DNA from: Candidatus Eiseniibacteriota bacterium
Lineage (GTDB): Bacteria > Eisenbacteria > RBG-16-71-46
NCBI GenBank assembly: GCA_044222065.1
Contig: JBGAOA010000076.1
Location: 1-19,000, forward strand
DNA: 19,000 nucleotides
Reading direction: 5' to 3'
Part shown: in pieces, positions 14,924-19,000 of the stretch
Layout of the letters: every line of letters begins with the position of its first letter
Numbering within the stretch: position 1 is the stretch's first letter
Made by a program: the position numbers and the translations under genes
Notes under the pieces: generated by a model
The model's input: the letters and a program-made list of their open reading frames with translations, nothing else
Told to the model about the DNA's origin: nothing
Database searches by the model: none

Positions 14924-17146
14924 ATGGCCCTCCTCTCCGCACCGACCGACTCGCTCAACCCCGAGCAGCGCGCCGCCGTCGAACACGGCCGCGGTCCGCT
15001 GCTCGTGCTCGCCGGCGCCGGCAGCGGCAAGACCCGCGTGCTCACGGCGCGCGTCGCGCGCCTCGCCTCGCTCGGTGTCGCGCCCGACCGCATCCTCGCG
15101 TTCACGTTCACGAACCGCGCGGCGCGCGAGATGCGCGAGCGCATCGAGCGCTCGATGGGCGACGGTGCGCGACGGGCGTGGATCGGAACGTTCCACGCGA
15201 CGGCGGTCCGCGTGCTGCGCCGCGAGGCCGGGACGCTCGGACTGCCGCCGGAATTCGTCATCTACGACCGCGACGACCAGGAGTCGGTGCTGAAGGACGT
15301 GCTGCGCGAGGTCGACCGCACCGACGAGCCCGCGAAGCCGGGCGCGGTGCTGTCGCGCATCTCGGATGCGAAGAACGCCCTCGTGACGCCGGCGGAGCTC
15401 GCGGCGCGGGCGTTCCAGCCGGCCGAGCGCCGGATCGCCGACGCCTACGCCCGCTACCAGGTGAGGCTGCGCGCGAACGGCGCGCTCGACTTCGACGACC
15501 TCATCGCCGAGACGACGCGGCTGCTGCGCGACTTCGACGAAGCGCGCGCGCGCTGGGCCGGCCGTTTCGAGCACGTGCTCGTGGACGAGTACCAGGACAC
15601 GAACCACGCGCAGTTCCGACTCATCGAGCTGCTCGCGAAGGAGCACGGCAACCTGTTCGTCGTCGGCGACGACGACCAGTCCATCTACGGCTGGCGCGGC
15701 GCGGATCTCTCGAACGTCCTCGACTTCGAGCGAGCGTTCCCGGGCGCGCGCGTGCTCCGGCTCGAGCAGAACTACCGCTCGTGCTCGAACATCCTGAAGG
15801 CCGCGAACGCCGTCATCGCGAACAACCGCGGGCGCAAGGGCAAGAACCTGTGGAGCGAGCGCGAGGACGGCGAGCGTCTGCGCTTCGTGCTCGCGGGCGA
15901 CGAGGTCGAGGAGGCGCGGCGCGTGCGCGCGGTGCTCGCGGAGCACGCGCGGCGCGGCGGCGCGCTCGCGGACTGCGCGGTGCTCTATCGCACGAATTCG
16001 CAGTCGCGCGCGCTCGAAGCGGAGCTGCGGCAGAACCTCATGCCGTACGAGATCGTCGGCGGCGTGTCGTTCTACCAGCGCCGCGAGGTGAAGGACCTGC
16101 TCGCGTACCTGCGCGTGGCGGTGAACCCGGCCGACGGCGTGTCGTTCTGGCGCATCTGGAACACGCCGCGCCGCGGTCTCGGCGCCTCCGTCAAGGCGCG
16201 CGTCGAGTTCCGCACGCTCGAGACGCGCGAGTCGCCCGAAGCGGCGCTGCGCGCGCTCGTCGCGGAGGGCGCGCTCACGCGCCAGGCGGAGGCGGGCGCC
16301 CGGCAGCTGCTCGAGACGCTCGACGCGCTGCGCGGGCTCGCGGCGGAGTCCGTGGACCGCGTCGTCGCGGAACTGCTCGATCGCACGCACTACCTCGATT
16401 CGCTCATCGGCGAGGACGACGGCGACGAGCGCCGCGCAAACGTCGAGGAGCTCGCCGCCTCGGCCGCTCACGCCGCGGCGACGCGCGAGGCGAACCTCGT
16501 GGACTTCCTCGCCGAGACGGCGCTGCTCACCGACCTCGACCGCGTCGAGGAGAGCGCGGACCGCGTGCTGCTCATGACGGTGCACAACGCGAAGGGCCTC
16601 GAGTTCCGCGTCGTCGTCGTCGCGGGTCTCGAAGAGGGGCTGTTCCCGCACGGCGCGTCCATCGAGGACGGCCCCGGGCTCGAGGAGGAGCGCCGCCTGT
16701 TCTACGTCGCGGTGACGCGCGCCGCGGACCGCGTCGTGCTCACCGCCGCCGCGTTCCGCCGGCGCTTCGACGGCGCGCGCGGCGCGCCGGTCTCGCGCTT
16801 CGTGGACGAGATCCCGGCGGAACTGCTCGAGCGCGAGGAATCGGCCGGCGCCGGCGCGCGCCGCTCCGAGCCGCGTCCCGAGCGGCGGCGCGAATGGCGC
16901 TGGGGCGAGGGCGGAGGCGAGGCGGGCGAGGAGCGCGCGCCGCGCATCGCGTGGTCGCCGCCGCCGCCCGTCACGCGGCACCGCGCGGTCGGGAAGACCG
17001 TCTACCACGAGAGCTTCGGCCGCGGCGTCGTGACGGCCGTCGAGGGCGACGGTCCCGAGGGCCGTTACACGGTGCGCTTCGGAACGACGATCAAGAAGGT
17101 GCTGGGCCGCTTCCTGAGCGGGTCGGACGATGGCGCTGACGCCTGA
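14924..17146 (+). CDS. uvrD: ATP-dependent SF1A DNA helicase UvrD/PcrA with C-terminal Tudor-like domain
   Basis: LNPEQ, AGAGSGKT (Walker A, from 15011), TFTNRAA, GTFHA, LVDEYQDTN, VGDDDQSIYGWRGA, LEQNYRS, LYRTNSQ, MTVHNAKGLEF, EEERRLFYVAVTRA. C-terminal VGKTVYHESFGRGVV...VRF Tudor-like domain. Confidence 0.96.
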   Translation: MALLSAPTDSLNPEQRAAVEHGRGPLLVLAGAGSGKTRVLTARVARLASLGVAPDRILAFTFTNRAAREMRERIERSMGDGARRAWIGTFHATAVRVLRREAGTLGLPPEFVIYDRDDQESVLKDVLREVDRTDEPAKPGAVLSRISDAKNALVTPAELAARAFQPAERRIADAYARYQVRLRANGALDFDDLIAETTRLLRDFDEARARWAGRFEHVLVDEYQDTNHAQFRLIELLAKEHGNLFVVGDDDQSIYGWRGADLSNVLDFERAFPGARVLRLEQNYRSCSNILKAANAVIANNRGRKGKNLWSEREDGERLRFVLAGDEVEEARRVRAVLAEHARRGGALADCAVLYRTNSQSRALEAELRQNLMPYEIVGGVSFYQRREVKDLLAYLRVAVNPADGVSFWRIWNTPRRGLGASVKARVEFRTLETRESPEAALRALVAEGALTRQAEAGARQLLETLDALRGLAAESVDRVVAELLDRTHYLDSLIGEDDGDERRANVEELAASAAHAAATREANLVDFLAETALLTDLDRVEESADRVLLMTVHNAKGLEFRVVVVAGLEEGLFPHGASIEDGPGLEEERRLFYVAVTRAADRVVLTAAAFRRRFDGARGAPVSRFVDEIPAELLEREESAGAGARRSEPRPERRREWRWGEGGGEAGEERAPRIAWSPPPPVTRHRAVGKTVYHESFGRGVVTAVEGDGPEGRYTVRFGTTIKKVLGRFLSGSDDGADA

Positions 17147-17429
17147 CGAGGTCCGCGCGATCGCCGAACTCGCGCGGCTCGACCTCGACGCCTCGGCGCT
17201 GGAACGCGCGGGCGCGCAGCTGACGCAGATCCTCGACTTCGTCGCGGCGCTCGACCGGCTCGACCTCGAGGGCTGCGAGCCGGCGTCGTTCGCGCCCGAC
17301 AAAGCGCCGCTGCGCGCGGACACGCCGAACGGACGCCGTCTCGACCACGACGCGGCGCTCGCGGGCGCGCCCGAGGCCGAGGACGGCTTCTTCCTCGTGC
17401 CGCCGGTCGTGGAGAACGTGGACCCGTGA
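17130..17429 (+). CDS. gatC: Asp-tRNA(Asn)/Glu-tRNA(Gln) amidotransferase subunit C
   Basis: 99 aa. LTPDEVRAIAELARL, LTQILDFV, LRAD, ALAGAPEAEDGFFLVPPVVE. Directly upstream of gatA. Confidence 0.95.
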   Translation: MALTPDEVRAIAELARLDLDASALERAGAQLTQILDFVAALDRLDLEGCEPASFAPDKAPLRADTPNGRRLDHDAALAGAPEAEDGFFLVPPVVENVDP

Positions 17430-18889
17430 GCGCCGCGCTCGAACGCCGCTCCGCCCTCGAGATCGCGACCGCCGTGCGCGGCGGCGCCGCGCGCGACGCC
17501 GCGGCGCGCGCGGGTTGGGACGGTCCGGCGCGCGCGTGGGAGGCCGACGTCCGCGCGGTCGTCCATCGCGACGACGACGCGTGGCTCGGAGCGCCGCGCG
17601 CCGACGGCCCGCTCGCCGGCGTGCCGGTCGTCGTGAAGGACAACCTGTGCACGACCGACTTCCTCACGACCTGCGCCTCGCGCGTGCTCGCCGGCTGGCG
17701 CGCGCCGTACGACGCCACGGTGATCGCGCGGCTGCGGCGCGCCGGCGCGCTGGTCGTCGGCAAGGGCAACATGGACGAGTTCGCGATGGGCTCGTCCACC
17801 GAGTTCAGCTGCTACGGCCCGACGCGCAACCCGTTCGATCTCGCGCGCGTGCCCGGCGGTTCGTCGGGCGGACCCGCCGCGGCGGTCGCGTACGGACTGT
17901 GTCCGATCGCGCTCGGCTCCGACACGGGCGGATCGGTGCGCCAGCCGGCGGCCTTCTGCGGCGTCTACGGGCTCAAGCCGACGTACGGCCGGCTGTCGCG
18001 CTACGGGCTCGTCGCGTTCGGTTCGTCGCTCGATCAGGTCGGGATCTTCGCGCGCCACGCCGGCGACGTCGCGCTCGCGTACGCGGCGCTCGCGGGCGAG
18101 GACCCCTACGACGCGACGACGCGCCCGGATCCCGCGCCCGACGTGTCGGACTGGGATCGCGGCGTCGCCGGGCTGCGCTTCGGCTGGCCCGCGAACCTGT
18201 GGCGCGAGGGCGTCGACGCCGAGATCGTCGAGGCGCTCGAGTCGTCGGCCGCGGCGCTCGAGCGCGCAGGCGCCGTGCGCGTCCCGCTCGAGTTCCTGCC
18301 GGGCGAGTACGCGGTCGCGAGCTACTACCTGGTCGCGACCGCCGAGGCGAGTTCGAACCTCGCGCGCTTCGACGGCGTGCGCTACGGCCCGCGCGCGTCG
18401 GGCGCGACCGACGTGCGCGCGCTGCACGCGCGCTCGCGCACCGAGGGCTTCGGACCCGAGGTGCGGCGGCGCATCCTGCTCGGCACGTACGCGCTCAGCT
18501 CGGGCTACTACGACGCCTACTACCTCAAGGCGCAGCGCGCGCGCACGCGCATCCGCCGCGAGTACGAAGCGGCGTTCGCGCGCTGCGACGCGATGCTCCT
18601 GCCCGTCACGCCGACGCTGCCGTTCCGCCTCGGTGAGAAGACCGGGGACCCGCTCGCGATGTACCTGAGCGACGTGTTCACGCTCGGCGCGAACCTCGCG
18701 GGCATCCCGGGACTCGCGGTGCCGCGCGCGCCGTCGCGAGCCGGACTGCCGCGCGCGGTCCAGCTGCTCGGCCCGGCGGATTCCGAGCCCGTGCTGCTGC
18801 GCGCCGCGCGCGCGCTCGAGGTCGAAGGGGACGTCGCGCGGCTCGATCGCCGCCAGCTCGCGGAGGTGCCGTGGCCTTCGCAGCGGTGA
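17426..18889 (+). CDS. gatA: Asp-tRNA(Asn)/Glu-tRNA(Gln) amidotransferase subunit A
   Basis: [47 protein letters not shown] (amidase signature), [45 protein letters not shown] overlap with gatC. Confidence 0.97.
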   Translation: MSAALERRSALEIATAVRGGAARDAAARAGWDGPARAWEADVRAVVHRDDDAWLGAPRADGPLAGVPVVVKDNLCTTDFLTTCASRVLAGWRAPYDATVIARLRRAGALVVGKGNMDEFAMGSSTEFSCYGPTRNPFDLARVPGGSSGGPAAAVAYGLCPIALGSDTGGSVRQPAAFCGVYGLKPTYGRLSRYGLVAFGSSLDQVGIFARHAGDVALAYAALAGEDPYDATTRPDPAPDVSDWDRGVAGLRFGWPANLWREGVDAEIVEALESSAAALERAGAVRVPLEFLPGEYAVASYYLVATAEASSNLARFDGVRYGPRASGATDVRALHARSRTEGFGPEVRRRILLGTYALSSGYYDAYYLKAQRARTRIRREYEAAFARCDAMLLPVTPTLPFRLGEKTGDPLAMYLSDVFTLGANLAGIPGLAVPRAPSRAGLPRAVQLLGPADSEPVLLRAARALEVEGDVARLDRRQLAEVPWPSQR

Positions 18890-19000
18890 TCGGCCTCGAG
18901 TGCCACATCCAGCTCGGGACGCGCACGAAGATGTTCTGCGACTGCCCGGCGGAGTTCGGCGCGCCGCCGAACACGAACGTGTGCCCCGTGTGCCTCGGGC
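18871..19000 (+). CDS. gatB: Asp-tRNA(Asn)/Glu-tRNA(Gln) amidotransferase subunit B, 3'-truncated by the window edge (absent from the ORF track)
   Basis: From GTG 18871 (GGAGG at 18862-18866) it translates as [43 protein letters not shown], the GatB N-terminus (VIGLExHxQL...[11 protein letters not shown]). Confidence 0.95.
   Translation, partial: MAFAAVIGLECHIQLGTRTKMFCDCPAEFGAPPNTNVCPVCLG

Noticed and set aside
11330..18427. 2365-aa ORF on the minus strand
   Set aside because: Its codons are exactly antiparallel to the Omp85, uvrD and gatA genes, which happen to share one frame. A stop would need sense codons TTA, CTA or TCA, which are rare at this GC content. The product is Arg/Ala-rich with no motifs, so it is a shadow ORF.

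Overview
Very GC-rich bacterial DNA (by eye over 70% GC) from a diderm organism, with all real genes on the + strand. Three blocks are visible. (1) The 3' end of an LPS-core/cell-envelope glycosyltransferase operon: GT9 heptosyltransferase-like (5'-truncated), GT2 WaaE/KdtX-like, and two GT4 enzymes. (2) An outer-membrane biogenesis cluster behind a good sigma70-type promoter: rseP, a 3-POTRA Omp85 (TamA-like), a TamB/AsmA-like gene broken by two apparent frameshifts near 9930 and 10007, and a 1054-aa POTRA-less Omp85 carrying an N-terminal HEXXH...E zinc-metallopeptidase domain and a six-repeat TolB-like beta-propeller. (3) uvrD/pcrA overlapping gatC-gatA-gatB (gatB runs off the end). A nested palindromic element of about 160 bp lies between blocks 2 and 3. 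The best candidate for an under-described system is the rseP-tamA-tamB-(peptidase/propeller/Omp85) module. No tRNA, rRNA, CRISPR array or transposase was seen. Product calls come from motif recognition by eye, not database searches.
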